This document shows positions 1 to 9,500 of a stretch of 64,000 nucleotides of DNA, piece by piece. Location of the stretch: NCBI GenBank assembly GCA_049472335.1, contig JBLIRO010000012.1, forward strand, positions 1 to 64,000, written 5' to 3'. Within the stretch, counting starts at the first letter, position 1, and each line of letters starts with the position of its first letter. The notes beneath the pieces were generated by a model. It did not search any database. It saw only the letters and a program-made list of their open reading frames with translations, and was not told where the DNA came from. Both the position numbers and the translations under genes were made by a program. The stretch is from a bacterium. Lineage in GTDB: Bacteria; SZUA-182; DTGQ01; JAFGSM01.

Positions 1-409
1 TTATGGTTGAATATACGGCCTTGACATCGTTATTTCTTTTTAAATAATCCTCGAGTATTTTTGGGTCCAGTGCCTTGCCCCATTCCACATCTATATTGAT
101 TGGCTGTATACCATAAGCGGTACAAAGCTCAGACCATCTCTCACCGAATTTACCTCCACGGATACATATGGCCTTGTCTCCAGGGGAGAGTATGTTTGAT
201 ACGGCCGCTTCCATAGCAGATGTTCCGGAACCGGCAATTATCAGGACGTCATTTTGGGTCTGGAAAAGGTATTTTAATCCCTCCTGGACCTGATTGAATA
301 TTTCCGTGAATTCCGGGGTTCTGTGGTGAATAATAGGCTGCGCCATGGATAATAAGGCTTCGGATGGAACAGGTGTCGGTCCTGGTGACAGGAGAAGTTT
401 CTTTTGCAT
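1..409 (-). CDS. Class V PLP aminotransferase (alanine-glyoxylate/serine-pyruvate family), runs off window edge
   Basis: Manual translation from ATG at 409: MQKKLLLSPGPTPVPSEALLSMAQPIIHHRTPEF...GSGTSAMEAAV...GGKFGERW; GGAGG RBS upstream. Confidence 0.85.
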   Translation of the reverse strand, partial: MQKKLLLSPGPTPVPSEALLSMAQPIIHHRTPEFTEIFNQVQEGLKYLFQTQNDVLIIAGSGTSAMEAAVSNILSPGDKAICIRGGKFGERWSELCTAYGIQPINIDVEWGKALDPKILEDYLKRNNDVKAVYSTI

Positions 410-535
410 TATATTGACCTCCATTAATTAAATAATAATATCTTTAAATATTTACATTCCAGATTTAAAGTTAAGCTTAAAAAATAACAATTTTTATTGC
501 AAATGTCAATAATTGGGATACTCTAAACGGAAATT

Positions 536-1411
536 TTAATTTTTTCTCTTCTGGGAGGAAAAGCGGAGTTCTCCGGGAGGGCCGGAAAGGAAGATGTTTA
601 TAAAACCGGAATTATCCGGTTTAGGTAAAAGATTAGCGAATCCCCCTAATCTCTGGCGTAATCTGGGTAATACCTTTAATCCCACTTGTGTGTCAACAAA
701 AAAGTCCTTTATCTGTGGTGCAAGCCTTACCTTGCCGGTCGCAGTCAGAGAAAGGTCTTCTCCCTGTATTTCAATCCTGTTTATATATATATTCTCTTCC
801 TTTATTAGACCTCTGCCGTGGATGGTGTCAAAGCTGAACGCGGGAAACTGTTTCGGAATTACCCTTCCTCTCTCTATATCAAAAGACCAGGTGCCGTCAC
901 TTTTAAGGATATCTTTCCCTGGCCATTCAGCTTCTATCTCCGCCTCGATAAGGCCGGTTACATGCATGCCTAACTGCTGACTAAGAAAGGGGAAATCCTG
1001 AATAGAGATATTTTTTATAGAGCCTGTCAGATATCTGACAGGCGAGCCAAAAAGATTTTGATCAATATTGGCCTTGACAGTCGCGTCTCCTATTAAAAGC
1101 TCTCCCCTTATACGTATCATTCCTTTCAGAATTTTTAAAAAATCCGGAGCAGCCTTGATCTCATCTATATTTATGGATAAAGGTTTATTTCCTTTTGATG
1201 CATTTGAAAAGGTTAGCTCCAATCGTTTCATTTTTAGATTTGCGGGTAATTTAAATGAAATATCTTTGATTAAAACTTCTCCAGGAAAATTTTGAGATAT
1301 CGTCCTTTTTATTTTTTTCTCCAACATTTGATTGGGAAATAAAATATAAGTGAAAATCATGAATGCTGATAGAGAATATATGATGAAGAAAAGAGCCCAC
1401 TTTTTATGCAT
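536..1411 (-). CDS. GspN-like type II secretion system protein
   Basis: N-terminal TM helix ending YILFP, beta-rich body, I.G.DL.L...G.V.L segment reminiscent of deltaproteobacterial GspN. Confidence 0.55.
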   Translation of the reverse strand: MHKKWALFFIIYSLSAFMIFTYILFPNQMLEKKIKRTISQNFPGEVLIKDISFKLPANLKMKRLELTFSNASKGNKPLSINIDEIKAAPDFLKILKGMIRIRGELLIGDATVKANIDQNLFGSPVRYLTGSIKNISIQDFPFLSQQLGMHVTGLIEAEIEAEWPGKDILKSDGTWSFDIERGRVIPKQFPAFSFDTIHGRGLIKEENIYINRIEIQGEDLSLTATGKVRLAPQIKDFFVDTQVGLKVLPRLRQRLGGFANLLPKPDNSGFINIFLSGPPGELRFSSQKRKN

Positions 1412-1533
1412 GGTGATTTCCCGTTTTTTTCAGAATATATCCTTTGCCATCTTGACCTCTTGAAGTATAAACGAAAGAATGTTAACATAATAGCTTTTAT
1501 TATGTCAATTTATGCATAGCATTCAGGAGGAAG

Positions 1534-1731
1534 ATGAATATGTCCAGACGTTGTGATATTTGCGGAAAGGGCCCTGGAACGGGATTCAGTGTCAGCCATG
1601 CACACAATAAGACGAAGAGAAGATGGCTCCCGAATCTTCAGTCAATAAAGGTTTTAAGAAAAGGTAGTGTGTCGCGTATGAAGGTTTGTACCAAGTGCAT
1701 TAAGGCAGGAAAGATCACAAAGGCAATATAG
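1534..1731 (+). CDS. rpmB: 50S ribosomal protein L28 (start probably 1540)
   Basis: [30 protein letters not shown]...VCTKCIK. Confidence 0.97.
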   Translation: MNMSRRCDICGKGPGTGFSVSHAHNKTKRRWLPNLQSIKVLRKGSVSRMKVCTKCIKAGKITKAI

Positions 1732-1753
1732 AAAGGTCAGAAACTGGCAAACT

Positions 1754-3901
1754 CTATCTCATTCGTTCCACCTGCAGGATGCCTTGAATCCTTCGTATTG
1801 TATTGATTATTCTCTTTAAATGATCCAGGTTAGTGATTTCGATCACGAATTTACTGGTGGCAGTTTTATATTCGGTTGTCTTGACACTCGCTGAGATAAT
1901 ATTGCCTTTTTGATTAGATATTGCTGTTGTAATCTCTGCCAGCAAGCCTCTCCGGTCTACCGATACAATCTTTAGCCCGACAGGAAACGGCCTGTGGTCT
2001 TTGACATCCCATTCCACATCTATTTGCCGGTCTGAGCCAAGTCCGATGGATTGGCTATTGGGACAATCAATCCTGTGTACCGTAACTCCTTTCCCCCGGG
2101 TTATAAAGCCCCAAATGGGATCTCCCGGGACAGGATTGCAGCATTTGGCAAATCGGATCAACACATCATCTAATCCCTTGATCTTAACCCCACCCGAATC
2201 TTTTGATGTTTTTCTGCGGGAGGCCTTTTGTTCGGAGGAGGGCTCCTTCTTTGACTTTAGTTTTTCCTGGGGAATGATGGCCTGAATGATCTGTTTTGGT
2301 GAGATCTTTCCAAATCCTATGTCTGCAACAAGATCATCTATCCCCTGGTAGGAAAACTTCCGGGCACTTTGTAATAGGAGCCCGTCATGAAGGATTTTAT
2401 TGTAATTTGTATCGTGTTTTTTGGCCTCTTTATCCAGGATGTCCCTTCCCAATGACAGGCTTCTCTGTCTTTCTTCGGTTTTTAGCCAATGCTTGATCTT
2501 TTGTAAGGCCTTGGGTGATTGGGCAAATTTAAGCCAGTCCCTGCTTGGTTTGTGAGTTGAGGAGGTGTTGATTTTTATTACATCGGCAGTCTTGAGTTTG
2601 TAATTTAAAGGTACGATTTTGCCGTTTACTATGGCCCCCACACAATGGTTTCCCACATCGGTATGAATGCAGTAAGCGAAGTCAACGGGTGTGGCGTCTT
2701 TTGGGAGCCCTTTGACCTCACCTTTCGGGGTAAATACGAAGACCTCATCCTGGAAAAGATCCACCTTCATCACACGAAGGAATTCATTGGGGTCCTTAAG
2801 TTCCTGGACCCACTCCATTAATTGCCTCAGCCAGACCAATTTTTGGTCATATTTGCTGTCGAGTTTACCTTTTTCCTTATAACGCCAGTGCGCGGCAATC
2901 CCTTCTTCAGCCGTCCGATTCATCTCTTCGGTCCTTATCTGCACCTCCAGTGGTTGAATAGCCGGGCCGATGACTACGGTGTGCAATGACTGATACATAT
3001 TCTGTTTGGGCATTGCTATATAGTCATCAAACTCACCAGGCACGGGTTTCCACAGCGAATGTATAACCCCAAGTGCAGCATAGCAGTCTTTCACTGACTG
3101 GGTGATGATCCTTATACCTTTCTGGTCGAATATCTGGTCGAAAGGCAGTCCCTTTCTGCTCATCTTTTGATATATACTATATACATGCTTTGGCCTGCCG
3201 AATACTTTGCAGTCTATCCCGAAATTTTCAAGTTCTTTGACAATAATTCCTATGGCTTCCTCTATAACCCTTGTGGTTTCATTTTTTGTTTGTTCCAGTT
3301 TTTTTATTAAGTCAGTATAAGCTTCCGGCTCCAAATATTTAAAGGATAAATCCTCGAGCTCAGATTTAATCCTTGCCATTCCCAATCGATTGGCAAAAGG
3401 CGCGTATATGTCCATTGTTTCTTCTGCGATACGCCTTCTGCTTTCCTGATCAAGGTAATGGAGGGTTCTCATGTTGTGGAGACGGTCTGCAAGTTTTATG
3501 AGTATGACCCTGATATCCCTGGCAATGGCAAGTATCATTTTCCGGTAATTTTCTGCCTGCTCGGCGGCATGGCTTTCAAATGTTATTTGACCGATCTTGG
3601 TTAAGCCATCCACTATAAAAGCGATTTCACTGCCAAAAAATTCCTCTATCTCATTAATGGAGGTCAGGGTATCCTCTACGGTGTCATGAAGTATCCCTGC
3701 CGATATGGTAACTTCATCAAGCCTCATTCCTGCCAGTATACTGGACACCTCGAGGGGGTGAGTGAGGTAAGGGCCTCCGGATGCTCGCGTCTGTCCTTTG
3801 TGCACTTTAGCGGAAAAGATATAAGCCCGGTTTATCAGTCTTATATCGGGATCGGGTATATAAGATCTTACCATATCGGTTATATCTTCAATACGTATCA
3901 T
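1754..3901 (-). CDS. relA: Bifunctional (p)ppGpp synthetase/hydrolase, RelA/SpoT family
   Basis: HD domain (LHDTVED), GRPKH, YQSLHT, EVQIRT, TGS, CC.P.PGD, ACT domain. Confidence 0.95.
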   Translation of the reverse strand: MIRIEDITDMVRSYIPDPDIRLINRAYIFSAKVHKGQTRASGGPYLTHPLEVSSILAGMRLDEVTISAGILHDTVEDTLTSINEIEEFFGSEIAFIVDGLTKIGQITFESHAAEQAENYRKMILAIARDIRVILIKLADRLHNMRTLHYLDQESRRRIAEETMDIYAPFANRLGMARIKSELEDLSFKYLEPEAYTDLIKKLEQTKNETTRVIEEAIGIIVKELENFGIDCKVFGRPKHVYSIYQKMSRKGLPFDQIFDQKGIRIITQSVKDCYAALGVIHSLWKPVPGEFDDYIAMPKQNMYQSLHTVVIGPAIQPLEVQIRTEEMNRTAEEGIAAHWRYKEKGKLDSKYDQKLVWLRQLMEWVQELKDPNEFLRVMKVDLFQDEVFVFTPKGEVKGLPKDATPVDFAYCIHTDVGNHCVGAIVNGKIVPLNYKLKTADVIKINTSSTHKPSRDWLKFAQSPKALQKIKHWLKTEERQRSLSLGRDILDKEAKKHDTNYNKILHDGLLLQSARKFSYQGIDDLVADIGFGKISPKQIIQAIIPQEKLKSKKEPSSEQKASRRKTSKDSGGVKIKGLDDVLIRFAKCCNPVPGDPIWGFITRGKGVTVHRIDCPNSQSIGLGSDRQIDVEWDVKDHRPFPVGLKIVSVDRRGLLAEITTAISNQKGNIISASVKTTEYKTATSKFVIEITNLDHLKRIINTIRRIQGILQVERMR

Positions 3902-5639
3902 GGGGCTTTATATCCTTCAACATCAATTGAATCTGGTTTTTCCCCCGCCAGTTATTGATTTGCGGGAAAAAAACCACATCCCAGATGTGGTCGAACGGGT
4001 ATGATTTTATATGTTCCCAGATTTTGCGCATATTAAAACCTATAGCTTCATGTATGAAAGGACCTGCTTTCAGATGAACCTTCAGATGGGCATCCTTCAA
4101 AAGGCGGGGCGGACCGGCCAAATATACCCCTCTAAGGCATAAAGAGGGCTCAGGATTTTCACACCCGAAAGGTTCAAGAGTATTTAACTGATTTATAAGG
4201 TTGTGATCAATGCTGTCTGAATCCATTTCAGCATCAACGTTCATTTCCGGAACTAAATCCTCAATGATGTATATTTTTTTAAGCAGCTCATTGGCTTTAT
4301 GTCTGAAAGCAGGAATCATCCGTTCTTCTATTACCAATCCGGCCGCGCCGGCATGCCCGCCAAAATCCTTCAGAAGATTATGACATTGCGTTAGAAGATT
4401 ATAAATATGAATATGTGGGATTGAGCGCGCAGATCCTTTTCCTGTTCCTGAGTCTAAGGAGATGAGGATAGCGGGGCGAAAGAACTCTTCCACAAGTTTT
4501 TGTGCAACAATTCCAATTACGCCCGGATGCCAGTCTTTATGAGATAGTATAATAATCATTTCCTCATCTATACTGAGTTCTTTATCGATCTTCTTGCGTG
4601 CTTCGCAAAGCATCTTTTCCTCTATCTGTCGACGTTTCAGATTCTGTTGATTTAAAAATTTTGCCAGATATTCACCTTCTTCGGGTGACTTTGTTAAAAG
4701 AAGTTTTAATCCTTCTTCAGGTCCGTGTACCCTTCCGGCTGCGTTGATCCTCGGAGCTAGCACAAAGCCGACCAAACCGGAGGTCGTCTTCTTTTCTTTG
4801 ATGCCTGATACTTCCCTGAGCGCTATTAAACCAGGCCTTTCTGTTTGATCCAGGACTTCCAGGCCAAATTTCACGATTACTCTGTTTTCCCCTGTAAGTG
4901 GCATTATATCCGCTATTGTGCCAAGGCAGACCAGATCCAGATATTTATTCAACATGGCAGGCCAAAATCCTATCTGGTTGAAGCTCATCTGCCTCCCCTG
5001 GCCGGAAAGAGTCAATGCCTGAATAAGTTTTAATGCTACTCCTACGCCTGCCAAATGTTTATAGGGATATGAGCATCCGGCTTGTTTGGGATTGATAATT
5101 GCCAGTGCCAGAGGAAGTGTTTCCGGTGAATGGTGATGATCCGTGATAATAAGATCAATGCCTTTTTTATATGCATGCACTGCAGCTTCATGATCCGAGA
5201 TGCCACAGTCTACTGTTATGATTAATCGTGCCCCTTCTTTATGTGCCTGTTCCACGACCTTTTTTGTAAGTCCGTATCCGTCCTTGATGCGGTTGGGAAG
5301 CCTCACCCGGACCTTTCCTCCGCATGTTGTCAAAAACTCCGTAAGGATAGCAGCCGCGGTTATACCATCTACATCATAATCCCCATAAATAACTATTTGT
5401 TCACCTTTTTTTAATGCGTATTCCACTCTTTCCACAGCCACGGACATGCCTTTTAAAAGAAAGGGATCGTGCATCTGAGTTAAATCCGGTTTGAGAAAGG
5501 CATTTATGTCTTCAGGATTTTCAAGTTCCCGGTTGAGGAGGATTTGGCACACAATAGGATGAAGGCTTATATCCTTTGACAATTGTTCTATCTTCTCCTT
5601 AGAGGAGGATGCCTTTAATTTCCACCTTAACGGGGTCAT
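3888..5639 (-). CDS. recJ: Single-stranded DNA exonuclease RecJ
   Basis: GDYDVDG, TVDCG, TDHH, GTIAD, PRINAAGR, GGH motifs. Confidence 0.96.
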   Translation of the reverse strand: MTPLRWKLKASSSKEKIEQLSKDISLHPIVCQILLNRELENPEDINAFLKPDLTQMHDPFLLKGMSVAVERVEYALKKGEQIVIYGDYDVDGITAAAILTEFLTTCGGKVRVRLPNRIKDGYGLTKKVVEQAHKEGARLIITVDCGISDHEAAVHAYKKGIDLIITDHHHSPETLPLALAIINPKQAGCSYPYKHLAGVGVALKLIQALTLSGQGRQMSFNQIGFWPAMLNKYLDLVCLGTIADIMPLTGENRVIVKFGLEVLDQTERPGLIALREVSGIKEKKTTSGLVGFVLAPRINAAGRVHGPEEGLKLLLTKSPEEGEYLAKFLNQQNLKRRQIEEKMLCEARKKIDKELSIDEEMIIILSHKDWHPGVIGIVAQKLVEEFFRPAILISLDSGTGKGSARSIPHIHIYNLLTQCHNLLKDFGGHAGAAGLVIEERMIPAFRHKANELLKKIYIIEDLVPEMNVDAEMDSDSIDHNLINQLNTLEPFGCENPEPSLCLRGVYLAGPPRLLKDAHLKVHLKAGPFIHEAIGFNMRKIWEHIKSYPFDHIWDVVFFPQINNWRGKNQIQLMLKDIKPHDTY

Positions 5640-6568
5640 TACTCGGACCTCTCTTTGCCTGTGTCAAAACTACCGATGATCTTGGATATGTCGTCGATGC
5701 CTGCTTCATTCAGGAATGATTCGATCCCTTCCAGAATCTTCACCGGGCACAACGGATCCACAAACAAGCCTGTGCCTATTTGCACGGCGGTTGCACCCAG
5801 AATCAGGAATTCCAGGGCATCTTCATGGGTTATAATGCCTCCCAATCCTATTATCGGGATATTTACCGTTTTCAATGCCTCCCATACCATGCGAAGGGCC
5901 ACGGGTCTGATTGCAGGCCCTGAAAGCCCCCCCGTAATATTAGCAAGCGCAGGGCGCCTCGTTTTTATATCTATCCTCATTCCAAGGAGGGTGTTGATCA
6001 GGGAAAGGGCATCCGCTCCGGCATCCTCCGCGGCTTTTGCTATTGGGCGGATGTCCGTTACATTAGGTGATAGTTTTGTAATCAACGGCAACGGCGTTGC
6101 TTCTCTGACGGCCTTGGTCACCTGATATGTGCTTGACGGGTCCGTACCAAAAGCCAGCCCTCCCTGATTGACATTGGGACATGATACGTTTATCTCCAGG
6201 GCGCAAATACCGGGATAGTCTGAAAGTCTTTTGGCTACTTCCCGGTACTCTTCTATACTGTGTCCGTAAATATTCACGATGATTCGTGTATCATAACCTG
6301 CCATTTTAGGAAGGAATTCAGTAACGAACCTGTGCCAGCCGATATTTTGGAGGCCGATGGCATTAAGCATACCCGAAGGTGTCTCTATAATCCTGGGCGG
6401 GGGATTTCCCGGCCGGGGCTCCAGTGAAATTCCCTTGATGATAATCCCTCCTAATAGGTTCTGATCCAGATATGGAGCATATTCAATCCCGTAACCGCAG
6501 GTGCCTGAAGCAAGAAGCACGGGATTCCTAAAGGTCAATCCTGCAAAAGAAACTGTTAAAGAAGGCAT
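5639..6568 (-). CDS. pyrD: Dihydroorotate dehydrogenase 1B catalytic subunit
   Basis: NPVLLASGT, NAIGLQN, NVSCPN, KLSPN, GGLSGPAI; start placed at MPSL. Confidence 0.95.
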   Translation of the reverse strand: MPSLTVSFAGLTFRNPVLLASGTCGYGIEYAPYLDQNLLGGIIIKGISLEPRPGNPPPRIIETPSGMLNAIGLQNIGWHRFVTEFLPKMAGYDTRIIVNIYGHSIEEYREVAKRLSDYPGICALEINVSCPNVNQGGLAFGTDPSSTYQVTKAVREATPLPLITKLSPNVTDIRPIAKAAEDAGADALSLINTLLGMRIDIKTRRPALANITGGLSGPAIRPVALRMVWEALKTVNIPIIGLGGIITHEDALEFLILGATAVQIGTGLFVDPLCPVKILEGIESFLNEAGIDDISKIIGSFDTGKERSE

Positions 6569-7392
6569 CGTTCCTCTCTCTCGATGTTTGACCAATCCAG
6601 TTCATTGGCTTGAAATACCGGTCCGTCAACGCAGACCCTTTTATAAATTTTATTAATGGAAGATGATGTATCCGCTGCCCTTACCACACATCCCTGGCAT
6701 GCGCCGACACCGCATGCCATCCTTCGATCCAATGAAACCTGGCAGGGAATCCCCTTGGACATACATTGTCGGGCTACTTTGGCAAGCATTCCGGTTGGCC
6801 CGCAGGCAAAAACCATGGATTTTTTTTTCAGGCAATGTTCCAGTGCCTGATCGAGATGATCTGTTACACAGCCCTTCATTCCCATTTTCCCGTCTTCTGT
6901 ATAAATCGATGTTTCCATTCCCAAGCTTTCGAATCTTTCCAGGGCCAGGATATGCTCGGACAGCTTTGCACCTATAAGGATTCGGGCCGCGAGATGCCCT
7001 TGCTTTTTCATAAGACATTCTGCCAGATAGGGCAGGGGGGCTACTCCGATTCCACCTGCTATGAACAGGGCGTATTCTAAGGATTGGGTTAATTCAAAAC
7101 CATTTCCGAGCGGGCCAAAGACTTCTACGGAATCTCCCGGCCTTATCCGCGATAGAAGTCTTGTGCCGCTGCCGACCACCCGGTAAAGGAAATCCAGAAC
7201 GGTTGTATTCCCCTCTTTTTCATGAAAATAAGCATGAAGACTCAAGGGCCGGCGAAGAAGCGGGTCTGTGGAGGTACTGCACCTGATCATGTAGAATTGC
7301 CCGGGTTTGGGCATAAGTTGATCCCCTTGCTGATTAATGGAGACTATATAGTGATCCGGTGCTTTTTTAGTATTCTGTATGATAACGCCCAT
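6556..7392 (-). CDS. pyrK: Dihydroorotate dehydrogenase electron transfer subunit
   Basis: RRPLS, GPLGNGF, GGIGVAP, ACGP, MACGVGACQGC [2Fe-2S] motif; adjacent to pyrD. Confidence 0.93.
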   Translation of the reverse strand: MGVIIQNTKKAPDHYIVSINQQGDQLMPKPGQFYMIRCSTSTDPLLRRPLSLHAYFHEKEGNTTVLDFLYRVVGSGTRLLSRIRPGDSVEVFGPLGNGFELTQSLEYALFIAGGIGVAPLPYLAECLMKKQGHLAARILIGAKLSEHILALERFESLGMETSIYTEDGKMGMKGCVTDHLDQALEHCLKKKSMVFACGPTGMLAKVARQCMSKGIPCQVSLDRRMACGVGACQGCVVRAADTSSSINKIYKRVCVDGPVFQANELDWSNIEREERCLL

Positions 7393-7561
7393 TCATCCTC
7401 CCTGATGTCTCATTCAAAAATAACTTCACCTTATTTTTGAGCGAGCCCTGAAGAAGAGAATAGCCTATGGATTCGGAAGAGTCAAATAGGAGATATAAAA
7501 AAGATCCTGATAAACTCCTTTATTGATTTTTTATGAGTTTGTCGAAGATTATCTTTTAAAA

Positions 7562-7603
7562 AAAGGCCCGCCTGAAGGCACTTGAACCTCCAATCGGGCC
7601 TTT
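7562..7603 (-). terminator. Probable intrinsic terminator of the 7626-8990 gene
   Basis: aaaggcccg...cgggccttt inverted repeat next to an A-run (U-tract on the minus strand). Confidence 0.6.
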
Positions 7604-7625
7604 GAAGATGCAAAACTATTTAGGA

Positions 7626-8990
7626 TTACCAGCCTAGTCCAGGTGCGCCGCCATAGGAAACCCCCGCGCCGCTGGTAAAACCGCCGCCGACAGCACCGCC
7701 TGCCATGCCGCCGCCTGCCATGCCGCCGCCGACCATGCCGCCGCCGACCATGCCACCGCCGACCATGCCACCGCCCCAGCCGCCGGAAACCATACCAAAC
7801 GAAGCGCCGGAAGGAGCAGCACCCCAGCCGGCAAAAGCAGCACCAGAGAGGCCTCCTGAAACAGCACCTGTAGAGGCAGCACTAGCACCGCCGGTCCATC
7901 CGCCGTATGGAGCAGCACCAACAGGAGTACCAACATAGCCGGCAAAAGCCGGATTAGTCAGAGTTGAAGTGGCTGCTACCGCAGCGCCGACTGCGGGTAC
8001 AAGGGAAGACGGTATTTCTTGTACCACATTATAACCTGTAGTAAAGGGGCCGGTCCCCATCGTTCCGGCTTCCTGATAACTTATATCCCCTTCGAAGAAA
8101 TAATTCGTGCCGCCAACGCTAGCAGCATTATAGTAGCTTGCTACAGGAACATACGGCATCCCTTCCTTTGTATAAGCATAGGTATTGCTCAACATCCTGT
8201 CCATAGCAGCGGTTTGAGAGCCGTATGTCAGGAGGTTCATTACGCCTGCAGTAGATTTACTAAATCCCATCGCATCGAACACAGTAGGCATGCCAAATGC
8301 TGCATGTTCAATGCTGGTACCAGCACCTAAAACTCCCGCCGCCGTATTGATATTCGTATGTATGTGCGTCCAGGGGGTCGTCAATGAGCTGCCAAGGTGG
8401 GTAGTGCCACCCAGCGGAGTCATGGAATATCCCATATCAGACGAGAATCCTCCTACAGGAGAAGAATAGTTTATATACTTTCCTCCGGTCGTATAAAAGG
8501 GATCTCTGTAGAAGCCCTGACCCTGGTTAAGGTTAACTCCGAAAATATTGCTATAAGACATGCTATTGGCTGCCGCCTGAGAAAATGGGTCAGCATATTG
8601 CATTGAAGTGGAACCATAAATCGCGAATGGATTTGCAAATGTGCTGGCCTGGCTCCCATACGTGGTGAAAAGATCCCTATAGTATGTTGAATTCAGGGTT
8701 GAGGATGTTAAAGGGGTCACCTGTGCTAATGAGACATTTTGAGAAATAGGCATATATCCTAATCCTAAACCAGGATAAAGACCGGTGCCATATAAACCTA
8801 AACCGCCACCTATAAGTGAGGTTGGATAACCGAAAAAAAAGTCAGAAGTTCGAATGTTGGCATTCGCTGCTATTGCTAAATCTGGGTCAAAGCCTGAAAA
8901 CTCAAAAGATAATAAATTTAAGGATAACAGAATCCCAATACCAAGAATGAAACTGATATATAAGACTTTCAAAAACCTTTTCTCTCTCAT
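7626..8990 (-). CDS. Putative secreted Gly/Ser/Thr/Tyr-rich low-complexity protein
   Basis: N-terminal signal/TM segment, GGAG RBS, C-terminal GGGM(V/A) repeats. Confidence 0.75.
   Translation of the reverse strand: MREKRFLKVLYISFILGIGILLSLNLLSFEFSGFDPDLAIAANANIRTSDFFFGYPTSLIGGGLGLYGTGLYPGLGLGYMPISQNVSLAQVTPLTSSTLNSTYYRDLFTTYGSQASTFANPFAIYGSTSMQYADPFSQAAANSMSYSNIFGVNLNQGQGFYRDPFYTTGGKYINYSSPVGGFSSDMGYSMTPLGGTTHLGSSLTTPWTHIHTNINTAAGVLGAGTSIEHAAFGMPTVFDAMGFSKSTAGVMNLLTYGSQTAAMDRMLSNTYAYTKEGMPYVPVASYYNAASVGGTNYFFEGDISYQEAGTMGTGPFTTGYNVVQEIPSSLVPAVGAAVAATSTLTNPAFAGYVGTPVGAAPYGGWTGGASAASTGAVSGGLSGAAFAGWGAAPSGASFGMVSGGWGGGMVGGGMVGGGMVGGGMAGGGMAGGAVGGGFTSGAGVSYGGAPGLGW
7700..7778. repeat. 15-bp coding tandem repeat (GGGMV/GGGMA, about 5 copies)
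   Basis: Repeated ccgccgaccatgcc / ccgcctgccatgcc units. Confidence 0.85.
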
Positions 8991-9284
8991 AACCTTTCTC
9001 TTCTCCTTTCTGTTTTAAAAACAGAGATGGTTCTTAGAAATGAACATCTATTCACCTCCCTTAATTAATGAAATATAGTTCATCCCGTATTATTAAGACG
9101 GAAATTTCATTTTAAAAATTACGTTATAAAGGCACAATTATACATCTATATAAAATAATAATATAATTTAATTGTAATTTCAATTATTCGGTTTTTTCTT
9201 CAAGGTTTGCTTAAGATCGGGTAAATATACATGACTGAATCTTCATGAAGAAAAGGATTCAGCCCAGGTATTGAAAAAAAGATC

Positions 9285-9397
9285 TTGGAGTCAACCCTTG
9301 AAATTCGGATATAATTGACAATTAGTTTTTGTTAATAAATTTAATCAATAAATTAATTTTATTATATTAACTTTATAATGTCAAGGGTTGACCCCAA
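9285..9397. repeat. MITE/REP-like element with 17-bp terminal inverted repeats
   Basis: ttggagtcaacccttga (9285-9301) versus tcaagggttgaccccaa (9381-9397), 16/17 complementary, AT-rich core. Confidence 0.65.
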
Positions 9398-9500
9398 CAG
9401 AATCGCTTATTATGCCATCACTTTCAATTTTCTGTCTTAAAATCTTACAATTTCAGGCCATAACGCCTTATTAAAGTATTTGCTCACTATTCAAGCATTA

